Below are positions 17,055-25,325 of a DNA stretch of 50,949 bases, piece by piece. The DNA lies in sequence record NZ_CP034927.1. One strand, written 5' to 3'. Source of the stretch: a plasmid. The translations under genes were made by a program, and so were the position numbers. Below the pieces are notes generated by a model. The model saw only the letters and a program-made list of their open reading frames with translations. It was not told where the DNA came from and searched no databases. Within the stretch, counting starts at the first letter, position 1, and the number at the start of each line of letters is the position of its first letter.

Positions 17055-18640
17055 GCCGCTTCCTTGCCCTCCCTCGCACGGGTCCAGTTCCAAGGCAGCA
17101 GCTCGTGCAGGCGCGAGGCAGGGTGGTCGGCGATGCGGGCGAGGACATCGGCCAGCCAGGCGCGCGGGTCGACGTCGTTCAGCTTGGCGGTGTAGATCAG
17201 CGAGTACATCGCCGCGGCCCGGTCGCCGCCGCGATCGCTGCCGGCGAACAGCCACGACTTCCTGCCAAGGGCGATACCGCGCAGCGCCCGTTCGGCAGCA
17301 TTATTCGTGAGGCAGATCCGGCCATTGCCGAGAAACCGGGTGAAGGCTTCCCAGCGCACCAGCATGTAGTCCATGGCCTTGGCGACCGGCGCGTGCCGGG
17401 ACACCTTGCCGCGGCTCTCGCGCATCCAGGTCTCGAAGTCGGTGACCAGCGGCGCGACGTGCTGCCGGCGAAGGACGAGCCGCGCCTCGGCGGGCAGGTT
17501 GTTGATGGTGCGCTCGGCATCAAAGATGGCGTCGATCTGGCTCACCGCCTCGACGGCGAGCGGCGCCCGCGACAACTCGGCCAGTTCGAACAGCTTGCGC
17601 CTGCCATGCGCCCAACACGCTGCCTCGGTGACCGGCCCCGGTTGTCGGTCGGCCTCGTAGAGCCCGTTGTACCCGGCATAGGCGTCGGCCTGCAGGATGC
17701 CGGCATAGCCGACCAAGTGCCGGTTCGGATGCTCGGCTGTCCGGTCACGGGAGTAGCGGAACATCGCCGCCGGCGGTGCCCGGCCGCCAAAGGGCCGGTC
17801 GTCGCGGACATAGGTCCAGACCCGGCCGGTGATGGTCTTGCCCTTGGCCAGCACGGGGACGGTGGTATCGTCGCCGTGCAACCGCTCGGCCGCCAGCACA
17901 TGGGCCTCGATGAGGGTGACCAGCGGGTCCAGGTTGGCGGTGCAGGCCCCGACCCAGCCGGCGATGGTCGAGACGCTGAGTTCGATGCCCTGCAAGGCAT
18001 AGGTCTCGCTCTGGCGGTTCAGCGGCAGGTGCTGGCCGAACTTGGCCTCCAGGATCATGGCCAGCAGGTTCGGTCCTGCCCGGCCGCGGGCGATGGGGTG
18101 GAACGGTGCCGGCGGCTGGGTGACGCTCTCGCAGGAGCGACAGGAGAACCTCTCCCGCACGGTCTGGATGACCTTCCATCTGATCGGCTCGACCTCGAGC
18201 GTTTCCGTGATGTCCTCGCCCAGCTTGGACAGCCTGCCATTGCAGCAGGGACAGGTCGTCGGCGCCGGCAGGACAATCCGCTCGCGTGGCAGGTGAGCCG
18301 GCAGGGGGGCCCGCACCGGCTGGCCGCGGGGCGGACTGTCGGGGCGGCGGGTGCTGCCGTCCTTGTAGGCTGCGCCCTCGACCTTGGCGGCGTCCTCGCT
18401 GGCGGCGGCGACCAACTCGCCGAGCTCGAGTTCCAACTGGTCGAGCAGCTTGCGGCCGCGCTCGGAGGAGGCGCCGTACTTGTCGTGCTTGAGCCGGGCG
18501 ATCAGCAGCTTGAGATGCGCCACCATCGCCTCGGCGCCGGAGGCCCGCGCCTCGGCCTCACGCCGGGCCGACTGCTCCGCCGCCAGCGCGGTGCGCAGCG
18601 CGTCGATATCGGCGGGGATGGTGTCCGGCGCGGGTATCAC
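17051..18640 (-). CDS. tnpC: IS66-family transposase TnpC (copy 2)
   Basis: The protein is identical to the product of 4448..6037. Confidence 0.9.
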   Translation of the reverse strand: MIPAPDTIPADIDALRTALAAEQSARREAEARASGAEAMVAHLKLLIARLKHDKYGASSERGRKLLDQLELELGELVAAASEDAAKVEGAAYKDGSTRRPDSPPRGQPVRAPLPAHLPRERIVLPAPTTCPCCNGRLSKLGEDITETLEVEPIRWKVIQTVRERFSCRSCESVTQPPAPFHPIARGRAGPNLLAMILEAKFGQHLPLNRQSETYALQGIELSVSTIAGWVGACTANLDPLVTLIEAHVLAAERLHGDDTTVPVLAKGKTITGRVWTYVRDDRPFGGRAPPAAMFRYSRDRTAEHPNRHLVGYAGILQADAYAGYNGLYEADRQPGPVTEAACWAHGRRKLFELAELSRAPLAVEAVSQIDAIFDAERTINNLPAEARLVLRRQHVAPLVTDFETWMRESRGKVSRHAPVAKAMDYMLVRWEAFTRFLGNGRICLTNNAAERALRGIALGRKSWLFAGSDRGGDRAAAMYSLIYTAKLNDVDPRAWLADVLARIADHPASRLHELLPWNWTRAREGKEAA

Positions 18641-18679
18641 GACAGAAATTGAATCATACCCGATGCCCGCCTGCCAGCC

Positions 18680-19027
18680 TTATCCGGCGACCTCCGGACG
18701 CCATGTCCGTTGCGGGTTCCGCCAATCGATGCCGTCCAGCATGTAGGCCAATTGCGACCCGGAAATCGCCACCGCGCCATCCGCCGGCGGCGGCCAGATG
18801 AACCGGCCGCGCTCCAGCCGCTTGGCGTAGAGCGACATGCCGAGCCCGTCATGCCAAACGATTTTTACCAGGTCGCCGCGGCGGCCCCGAAAAACGTAGA
18901 GATCGCCGGCATGGGGATCGCGCCCGAGCGCCTGCTGCACCTGTAGCGCCAAGCCATTCATGCCGCGCCGCATGTCGGTGTGGCCCGCCGCCAGCCAGAC
19001 CCGGACACCGGAGGGAACCGGGATCAT
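18680..19027 (-). CDS. tnpB: IS66 TnpB (copy 2)
   Basis: The protein is identical to the product of 4061..4408. Confidence 0.85.
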   Translation of the reverse strand: MIPVPSGVRVWLAAGHTDMRRGMNGLALQVQQALGRDPHAGDLYVFRGRRGDLVKIVWHDGLGMSLYAKRLERGRFIWPPPADGAVAISGSQLAYMLDGIDWRNPQRTWRPEVAG

Positions 19028-19392
19028 CCGCGCAGTGCCGCCATCACACGCCGCAGCGCGGCAGCGCTGATCCCCTCGTCGACGCGGATCACCGTACCGT
19101 CCGGCAAGGCTATCTCGATCCGGGGAGAAGCCGCCGGCGCAGCCTCAGCCCGAGGGGCGGGTGCCGGCAGGTCCTCTGCCACCTGCACCGGCATGAACAT
19201 CGGCACGGGTTCGGCCACCAGCACGCCCTGCCGCGCCTGCTTGCGCCAAGCCCAAAGTACGCTCCGGCTCACCTCATGCCGGCGAGCTACCTCTACGAAG
19301 CACGCGCCGGGACGTTCAGCCTCGGCCACGATCCGCAGCTTGTCCGCCACCCGCCATTGCCGGCGACGTTCGACGCCGCTGATGATCTCCAT
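19024..19392 (-). CDS. tnpA: IS66 TnpA (copy 2)
   Basis: The protein is identical to the product of 3696..4064. Confidence 0.85.
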   Translation of the reverse strand: MEIISGVERRRQWRVADKLRIVAEAERPGACFVEVARRHEVSRSVLWAWRKQARQGVLVAEPVPMFMPVQVAEDLPAPAPRAEAAPAASPRIEIALPDGTVIRVDEGISAAALRRVMAALRG

Positions 19393-19494
19393 GTCCCAAA
19401 CCGCCCCGTTCTTAACAACGCTCCTACGAGCGTTGATAAGATCAGAAGACAGGTTCAGCCCCAGGCTGGAAGGCGGCCCTCACCGAAGGGGTAC

Positions 19495-19558
19495 GCAGGA
19501 AGTTACCATCTCCTGCTTTCGCCAGCAGGTCCGCCAGTGGCAATCTCTCCTCGGTCAT
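19495..19558 (-). pseudogene. 5' end (first about 21 codons) of an IS256-family transposase gene, separated from its continuation at 6744
   Basis: MTEERLPLADLLAKAGDGNFL then continues in frame as RSVAEAVLQMLMEADVEGQIGAGRHER at 6744 once the shared 8-mer GCAGGAAG/CTTCCTGC is overlapped. Confidence 0.55.
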
Positions 19559-19814
19559 CGGGTCCTCGGCCGGTCAGGGGTGGGAGCGTCGCAACTCCAC
19601 GCTAGCCGCCAGGTCCGATGGCCACCCAAGCCCTACATCCCGGCCAACGCCGGATTTTCTACCACCTCCGCGGCGTTACCGACGGCAGAGATCACACCAT
19701 CTCGCGCTACCAAGACCTGCCGCGGCCCGAAAGATGGCAGAACTGAGCTCTCCGAGCCCTTCCGCGCACACGTCTCGTAAGCAACAGGATGCGCCCTTGC
19801 GGATCAACTTGTAT

Positions 19815-19834
19815 GCACTACAATTATGTAGTGC
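19815..19834. promoter_or_regulatory. perfect 8-bp inverted repeat GCACTACA-ATTA-TGTAGTGC upstream of the RHH antitoxin gene; candidate operator
   Basis: Read directly in the sequence, about 24 bp upstream of the ATG at 19858. Confidence 0.4.
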
Positions 19835-19857
19835 GTGAAGAGCTACGGAGGTTCATC

Positions 19858-20100
19858 ATGGGTGTACCGATCTCCATCCGCCTGGATGACGAGGTGCGGG
19901 CCGAGCTGGAGGCCCAGGCCCAATCGCGGGGCATCGGCTTGGCTACCCTGCTGCGCGATCTCGCGACCGAGGCGGCCCGCGCGACGCGGCGTGCCCGCAT
20001 CCGGCAGGCCAGCGCGGTGGTCGGCACCCGCGTCGCCGCGTCCGACGAGGCGCGGGCCTTCTACGAGGACTGGGGCACGCCGCGCGCCGATGCCGGCTGA
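19858..20100 (+). CDS. ribbon-helix-helix (CopG/MazE-like) antitoxin
   Basis: MGVPISIRLDDEVRAELEAQAQSRGIGLATLLRDLATEAARA. A GGAGG RBS is 6 nt upstream. The 3' end overlaps the toxin start. Confidence 0.7.
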   Translation: MGVPISIRLDDEVRAELEAQAQSRGIGLATLLRDLATEAARATRRARIRQASAVVGTRVAASDEARAFYEDWGTPRADAG

Positions 20101-20464
20101 CCCGCCCCTCGCCCTCAGGGCGGGACAGATCGTGCTGGCTGACTGGCGCGGCGACGCCCTGCCCAAGGAGCCGAACAAGCGGCGCCCGGCCGTGGTGGTG
20201 GAGGATGACGGCCTGTTCGCACCGTCCTACCCGAACGCCATCCTGGTGCCGCTGACCGAGGACGACGGGTTGGTCATTCCCGACTTGGCGGTAGCCATCG
20301 CGCCGACAGCGGAGAACGGCTGCAGCAAGCCATGCTGGGCGGTATCGCACCTGGTCGCCACCACCTCCAAGCTGCGACTGAGGGCGACCGCGTCGCACAT
20401 CACGCCCGAGCAGCTGGCCGCCATCCGCCGGCAGGTCGCGCTCGCGGTCGGCGTGGAAGGATAG
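20090..20464 (+). CDS. mazF: MazF/PemK-family type II toxin (mRNA interferase)
   Basis: GQIVLADWRGDALPKEPNKRRPAVVVEDD...AILVPLT is the PemK/MazF signature. Confidence 0.8.
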   Translation: MPADPPLALRAGQIVLADWRGDALPKEPNKRRPAVVVEDDGLFAPSYPNAILVPLTEDDGLVIPDLAVAIAPTAENGCSKPCWAVSHLVATTSKLRLRATASHITPEQLAAIRRQVALAVGVEG

Positions 20465-20554
20465 CCCGTTCATCCCCTCAGGCTTCGGGGCGGATGGGTC
20501 GGAGCCTTCCGTGTCCCGCGTGGCCTGCACCGGGTTGCACCGGAAGCTAGCTAT

Positions 20555-20845
20555 CTAGCTACCTGGACAATGCCGCAGCCGAAGCGCGGGATCTGCTGCC
20601 GAAGAACGATTGCGGCCAGGGATTGCTTTGACAGCATTCCTACTCCCGCGATCACTACTCCTCGGCGTTAGCCAAGCCCTTCGACGCATTGTAGTTTCGA
20701 GCAAGATCAGGTCCGCCTCCTCCATCTCCTCGACTGCCACGGTGACCCACACCTGGGCGGTGCCACCGCAGCACGGACAGGTCAGCTTTCCCTTCCAGAC
20801 CACGGAGCTGTCGAAGCCGCAGGCGCGGCACTGGAAACGGGCCAT
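20555..20845 (-). CDS. putative small zinc-ribbon protein (CxxC...CPCC); 3' half of the ORF is probably non-coding
   Basis: MARFQCRACGFDSSVVWKGKLTCPCCGG. Third-position GC is high only for about the first 50 codons. Confidence 0.3.
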   Translation of the reverse strand: MARFQCRACGFDSSVVWKGKLTCPCCGGTAQVWVTVAVEEMEEADLILLETTMRRRAWLTPRSSDRGSRNAVKAIPGRNRSSAADPALRLRHCPGS

Positions 20846-20863
20846 TCGTTGCTCCTCCGTTCC

Positions 20864-21139
20864 TCACCGAGGCGCGCGTTTCTGCGCCCTTTTCAGGAAC
20901 GCCCCTGTCGTGAGCACATCGACGTCGGCGGCAGGATCCTGATTGCGGACGATGCCGGGGATACGCTCATCCTCGTGCAGCACGATCATCGCCCGGTCGC
21001 TGTCGGTGATCCTCTTGACCAGCCATTGCACGATGGCCGTCTTGCCGTCGCTGCGCAGCCTGTAGGCGGACTGGCTTTCCAGCACCGTGGCATATAGCCG
21101 GACAGGATGGTCATCGCCCCGGCCGCCTCCGCCTGTCAT
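20864..21139 (-). CDS. hypothetical protein (91 aa)
   Basis: It has acceptable codon bias, but no family is recognised. Confidence 0.35.
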   Translation of the reverse strand: MTGGGGRGDDHPVRLYATVLESQSAYRLRSDGKTAIVQWLVKRITDSDRAMIVLHEDERIPGIVRNQDPAADVDVLTTGAFLKRAQKRAPR

Positions 21140-21348
21140 CCATTCACGGAGGGATAATGCGCCGGCTTCAACGCTGATGGACCTCTTCTGAAACCTGCTT
21201 GCTCTGTTGAAAGGCTCATGCGGCTTCGGCGAGGAGCATGAGGTTGTGGGTCAGGACACGCAGGATGAGTTCGCGTCGCTGAGCCTGATGTCCTCGGGCG
21301 GTGAGTGCGGAGCCGAGGCGACGTTTGTGTTGGCTGAAGCCACTCTCG

Positions 21349-22861
21349 ATAGTCGGCCTTGAACAACGTCTTCAGGCTGTCGCCCCTGCGAGCAGGGTGC
21401 GGCCTGTCGGGACGCTGGCTTGGCTGATCGGGGTGAGGATTGCCTGTCGGAGGGCGGCGAGGAGAGCGGCCAAAAGGGCCCTGAGGTGGGCGAGGATCTT
21501 GCGGATGTTGTGGCCGCAGCCGCAGAGGACGGCGTAGAGAGCATCGCCGAGCGTGCCCTTGAGGGCGCAGCGGGCGAGGCGGCCATCGGTCTTCATGTGG
21601 CCGATCTCGGGCTCGATGGCGCTGCGGCGGCGGAGCAGCCGGCGCAGGCGGGGCGTGAGGCCGCGGCTGGTGCCGCTGACGAGCACCCTGGTTGCCGTGA
21701 CGCCATGGCCGCGGTAGCCGCGATCGACCACGGCGAGGCTGGGACGCTGGCCGGTGAGGGTCTCGACCTGCTGGAGGGCGTCGGCGAGGGTGTGGCCGTC
21801 GTAGGGATTGCCGGGCTGGCTGCGCATGCCGACGACGAAGCCACCGGCGAGGGTGGTGGCGATGCTGACCTTCGTGCCGAACTCGTAGCGCACCCGCGCC
21901 TTGCCCTTGGCGATGCAGTCCACCTCGGGCTCGTGCAGGGCGTAGAGCTTGCGGGACGACTTCGGTGTCTGGAGCAGCAGGCGGGTGACGAGGGCGATGC
22001 GCTGCTCGATGCGCGCCCGCAGTGGCCCGTCAGGGACGGCGCCGAGCTTGCGTTCAACATCGCGCAGGATGCGGCCGGTGTAGCCCTTGAGCGTGCGCAA
22101 CGCCTTGCGCATGCGGCGGAACTGCCGGGCGTGGGCGTAGCGCCCCACCTGGCCGGCCAGGCGCGGCGCCAGGCGATTGTAGTTCTGGCGCAGGGCGATC
22201 CCGGCCTTGTGCGCCAGCGTCACCAGCGAGTGGCGGGCCCGCTCATAGAGGCGGCTGTCGGTCGGATGGGCGATGGCCTTCTCCATCACTGTGGTGTCCA
22301 CTGCGATCTCGGCCAAGCTGTTCGACGTCACAGCTCCCGAAGCCTGAGCCGCCTCGATCGTCCTGGTCAGCAACCACTCGACACCTTCCTCACCGATGCG
22401 ACCGCGCCAGCGGCTGAGAGAGGAGGGATGGATGGGCGCACGGTGCTGGAAGAAGGTCTCACCCGTGAAGTGCTGGAAGTACGGGTTCTCCACCCAGCGC
22501 GCGAGCACCGCCTCGTCGGAGAGGCCATGGGCGTGCTGGAGGTACATCAGCCCGGCGACCAGACGCGGATGCGTGGCCGGCCGTCCCTCAGCGGCGGGGA
22601 AGAAGCCGGCCCATTCCCGCTCGAACCAGGACCAGTCGATCAGCGCCGCCAGCCGCACCAGTTCGTGCCGCCCATCGATCATGTCGACCAGCCGCGGCCG
22701 CAGCAGATCGGCCTGTTCCGGCGGGCGCGGGCGGTGCTTCATGCCCACAAGATTCGCAGGGTTTGTCGTCGAAAACAATCGAACCCTGCAAATCCAGGTC
22801 GCCGAGCCCGGAAAATCTCACAGCTAGATCAGTGCCTTACGAGTTATTCAAGGCCGACTAT
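21349..22861 (-). mobile_element. IS1182/IS5-superfamily insertion sequence (about 1.5 kb)
   Basis: Terminal IRs are ATAGTCGGCCTTGAACAAC (left) and the reverse complement of the right end, ATAGTCGGCCTTGAATAAC. It carries a single 468-aa transposase. Confidence 0.7.
21372..22778 (-). CDS. IS1182/IS5-family DDE transposase (468 aa)
   Basis: It has an InsH-like N-terminal domain (HPRLVAGLMYLQHAHGLSDEAV) and a DDE_Tnp_1-like C-terminal domain (LAVVDRGYRGHG...). Confidence 0.85.
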   Translation of the reverse strand: MFSTTNPANLVGMKHRPRPPEQADLLRPRLVDMIDGRHELVRLAALIDWSWFEREWAGFFPAAEGRPATHPRLVAGLMYLQHAHGLSDEAVLARWVENPYFQHFTGETFFQHRAPIHPSSLSRWRGRIGEEGVEWLLTRTIEAAQASGAVTSNSLAEIAVDTTVMEKAIAHPTDSRLYERARHSLVTLAHKAGIALRQNYNRLAPRLAGQVGRYAHARQFRRMRKALRTLKGYTGRILRDVERKLGAVPDGPLRARIEQRIALVTRLLLQTPKSSRKLYALHEPEVDCIAKGKARVRYEFGTKVSIATTLAGGFVVGMRSQPGNPYDGHTLADALQQVETLTGQRPSLAVVDRGYRGHGVTATRVLVSGTSRGLTPRLRRLLRRRSAIEPEIGHMKTDGRLARCALKGTLGDALYAVLCGCGHNIRKILAHLRALLAALLAALRQAILTPISQASVPTGRTLLAGATA

Positions 22862-23079
22862 TTAACCCGCTTTTTAGCATCCTCCAATCGATGGTCGATG
22901 TAATAAGCATGCACGGTAGCGTACATCAGGTTAACCCGTTTAACAAAATTTGGTTTGCGCCTAATAGAAAGTTTTAACTTGGCTACGTGCTGCGCAATCC
23001 GCCAATCCCGCTCTCGCCATATTGCCAAACTTTCGCGAGCTTCTTCCTCTGTCAAAGGGTCAAATTCATCATCCATCAT
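22858..23079 (-). CDS. small hypothetical protein (73 aa) in AT-rich islet; stop codon lies inside the IS end so the 3' end may be truncated
   Basis: MMDDEFDPLTEEEARESLAIWRERDWRIAQHVAKLKL. The codon usage is AT-rich, unlike the rest of the window. Confidence 0.35.
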   Translation of the reverse strand: MMDDEFDPLTEEEARESLAIWRERDWRIAQHVAKLKLSIRRKPNFVKRVNLMYATVHAYYIDHRLEDAKKRVK

Positions 23080-23492
23080 GGCACTTCACTGATATTGATC
23101 GCGTCAGTTTATTTCTTTGGCTCCTGTTTGCAACAAAAAACAACTAATTTTAATGCTTTCAACCATGAATAGATTTAAAGAAAGATTTTCTACTGGATAG
23201 CAATCTACTAAGATCATTATTTGGGAATTTAGCAGATTTCAGATAAGTTGGCGTCATTGTGATAAAAATTGATCATATTAATCGTTTTAAAATTTCTTTG
23301 ATGTTTACAGGGTCTAGCATGTGAAATAGACTACGGATGCAGTTTTTTTGATATGATGCAATGCGGCGCTACGTAACTCTTTAGCGCGGAACTAGAACAT
23401 TCTAACCTATACTATAAATTATATGTGAGAGGAGAAATATAGTTTCAGCATGCGGTAAATCTACTACATACATTAAGCGAAAGGACACACAG

Positions 23493-23831
23493 ATGATAAA
23501 TGACCAAACTGTTGCGATCCCGGTGTTAGTCGCACACTTAATTCGATCGTTATTTTATATATTTCAAGGTTTGATGATTGCCCTGGTTATCGCAGTGCTA
23601 AATTTAGCTTTGCTATCCAGCATGATTGAAGGGTCGAGCAACTCGAACTCAGGATCTTTCCTGGTGGCCATTATTGCAACAGTTGCAGTTTCTGGCTGCT
23701 TCCTGTATTGGAATCAAGATTCGTCCGTACGGCGTGCGCAAACCCTAGGTTTAAGGCCTTCAATCTGGCGTCAGGTCGGTTTCTTTGTTGGGCTTCTCGG
23801 GCTTGCAGCTATCATGATCATTATTAAATGA
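23493..23831 (+). CDS. small hypothetical membrane protein (112 aa, about 3 predicted TM helices) in AT-rich islet
   Basis: The hydrophobic segments are IPVLVAHLIRSLFYIFQGLMIALVIAVLNLALL, FLVAIIATVAVSGCFLYW and VGFFVGLLGLAAIMIII. AGGA lies upstream of the ATG. Confidence 0.45.
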   Translation: MINDQTVAIPVLVAHLIRSLFYIFQGLMIALVIAVLNLALLSSMIEGSSNSNSGSFLVAIIATVAVSGCFLYWNQDSSVRRAQTLGLRPSIWRQVGFFVGLLGLAAIMIIIK

Positions 23832-23905
23832 GTATAAACTTGCTGATTTGAAATAAGAAAACGCTATATCTATAGGTGTTTTCAGTCGGATTGAAGCACT
23901 TATAC

Positions 23906-24096
23906 GGAGTCGGCCTTGAATAACCTGTTCAGGCTGCTTGGGCTGTAACTGGATGACGGTCCGGTTGGGCGATTGCGTCGATGAGGCTAGCGAGGATGGC
24001 GGCCAAGAGAGCCCTGAGGTGGGCGAGGATCTTGCGGATGTTGTGACCGCAGCCGCAGAGCACAGCGAAGAGGGCGCCGCCGAGGGTGCCCTTTAG
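23906..24096 (-). pseudogene. remnant (IR plus about 60 3'-terminal codons) of a second, diverged IS1182-like element
   Basis: AGTCGGCCTTGAATAAC followed by sequence about 80 percent identical to 21352..21560. It is cut off by the next IS. Confidence 0.55.
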
Positions 24097-24101
24097 AGCG
24101 C

Positions 24102-24758
24102 CTAACAGAACCGCCTAATCTGGCCGAGGCAGACGAGGGCGCAGGCGAGTGTGGTGAAGGCGAGGTGGATGTCGGCGCGGCGCTCGTAGCGGATGGTCAG
24201 GCGTCGGTAGCGGGCGAGCCAGGCGAAGGTACGCTCCACCACCCAGCGGTGTCGTCCGAGGCGGGCGCTGCTCTCGATGCCACGGCGTGCGATGCGCGGG
24301 GTGATGCCACGGGCGCGGCACTCCCGGCGGCAGCGACGGTGGTCGTAGGCCTTATCGGCGTGGAGTTTGCCCGGCCTTTGCCGTGGGCGGCCGCGATGGC
24401 CGATCCTGATCCGCGGCACGGCATCCAGGGTGGGCGCCAGCATCATGCTATCGTGCCGGTTGGCCCCGCTGAGCGTCAGGCCAAGCGGCGTGCCGCGGGC
24501 GTCCGTGACGAGGTGGCGCTTCGTGCCTGGCTTGCCGCGATCCGTCGGGTTCGGGCCCGTCTCGGCGCCCCCCTTTTCGCCGGAACAGTGGCACTGTCCA
24601 GCGCGGCCCGCCGCCAGTCGATCTGCCCCGCAGCCTGCAACCGCTCCAGCAGCAGGCGGTGCAAGGCGGCCCAGACCCCGGCCGCCTGCCAGTCGCGCAG
24701 CCGCCGCCAGCAACTCATCCCGCAGCCGCAGCCCATCTCGGCGGGCAGCCTCTCCCAT
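24102..24758 (-). CDS. IS427-group transposase OrfB (DDE), expressed as OrfAB fusion via -1 frameshift near 24578..24587
   Basis: GEKGGAETGPNPTDRGKPGTKRHLVTDARGTPLG...WVVERTFAWLARYRRL. The slippery motif GCGAAAAGGGGGG (reverse complement of the plus strand) lies where the OrfA homology ends and the OrfB homology begins. Confidence 0.75.
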   Translation of the reverse strand: MGEAARRDGLRLRDELLAAAARLAGGRGLGRLAPPAAGAVAGCGADRLAAGRAGQCHCSGEKGGAETGPNPTDRGKPGTKRHLVTDARGTPLGLTLSGANRHDSMMLAPTLDAVPRIRIGHRGRPRQRPGKLHADKAYDHRRCRRECRARGITPRIARRGIESSARLGRHRWVVERTFAWLARYRRLTIRYERRADIHLAFTTLACALVCLGQIRRFC

Positions 24759-24913
24759 GGGATGCCGCTGACCAGCACGAACACGATCCCCGTCAATGCC
24801 GCCCGGTCCGCCAGCCGCGGCCGCCCGCCCTTGGGCTTGGGCCGCTCGGGCGGCAACAGCGGCTCAATCGCCGCCCAGAGATCATCAGAAACCAAAGGCT
24901 TCGCCATGCCCAC
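24476..24913 (-). CDS. IS427-group transposase OrfA (HTH)
   Basis: MAKPLVSDDLWAAIEPLLPPERPKPKGGRPRLADRAALTGIVFVLVSGIPWERLP. Confidence 0.75.
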   Translation of the reverse strand: MGMAKPLVSDDLWAAIEPLLPPERPKPKGGRPRLADRAALTGIVFVLVSGIPWERLPAEMGCGCGMSCWRRLRDWQAAGVWAALHRLLLERLQAAGQIDWRRAALDSATVPAKRGAPRRARTRRIAASQARSATSSRTPAARRLA

Positions 24914-24946
24914 AGAAACGCATCATACCGGGTTTAGTTAGGCGCT

Positions 24947-25325
24947 TTTAATGGCGGCGCCGGGCATCGCCGTCGGCACGATCGCGGAGATGCTTATCGT
25001 CCTTGGCGACAATCCCGAGCGTATCCGCTCAGAGGCCGCCTTCGCCAAGCTCTGCGGCGTTTGTCCCATCCCGGCATCCAGCGGCAAGACCACCCGCCAT
25101 CGTCTCAACAGGGGCGGCAACCGACGAGCCAACGCTGCGCTGCACCGCGTGGCCGTTGTCCGGATGCGCTCCCATCCCGAAACGAAAGCCTATGTCCATC
25201 GTCGAACAGCCGAGGGCAAGTCCCTTCGGGAGATCCGACGCTGCCTGAAGCGGTACATCGCCCGGGAAATCTTCAATAGTCTCCGCACGCCAACCGCTCA
25301 GTCCGCAGTCTCAAATGGCCCTTGA
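24947..25325 (+). pseudogene. 3' fragment of an IS110-family transposase gene
   Basis: IRSEAAFAKLCGVCPIPASSGKTTRHRLNRGGNRRANAALHRVAVVRMRSHPETKAYVHRRTAEGKSLREIRRCLKRYIAREI is the conserved C-terminal domain of IS110 transposases. The 5' part is replaced by the IS427-like element. Confidence 0.65.

Larger units (their letters stand above)
16345..19494 (-). mobile_element. IS66-family insertion sequence, copy 2 (inverted, identical ORF products to copy 1)
   Basis: All four encoded proteins are identical to those of copy 1. It is flanked by GTTCTTCC (left) and GCAGGAAG (right). Confidence 0.85.
24097..24946 (-). mobile_element. IS5-family (IS427-group) insertion sequence, about 850 bp, two overlapping ORFs
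   Basis: Ends are AGCGCCTAACAGAAC and the reverse complement AGCGCCTAACTAAAC. The boundaries are approximate. Confidence 0.65.

Noticed and set aside
19835-20464. 209-aa ORF combining antitoxin and toxin regions
   Set aside because: It is an out-of-frame read through the antitoxin. The real toxin starts at the in-frame ATG at 20090, overlapping the antitoxin stop.
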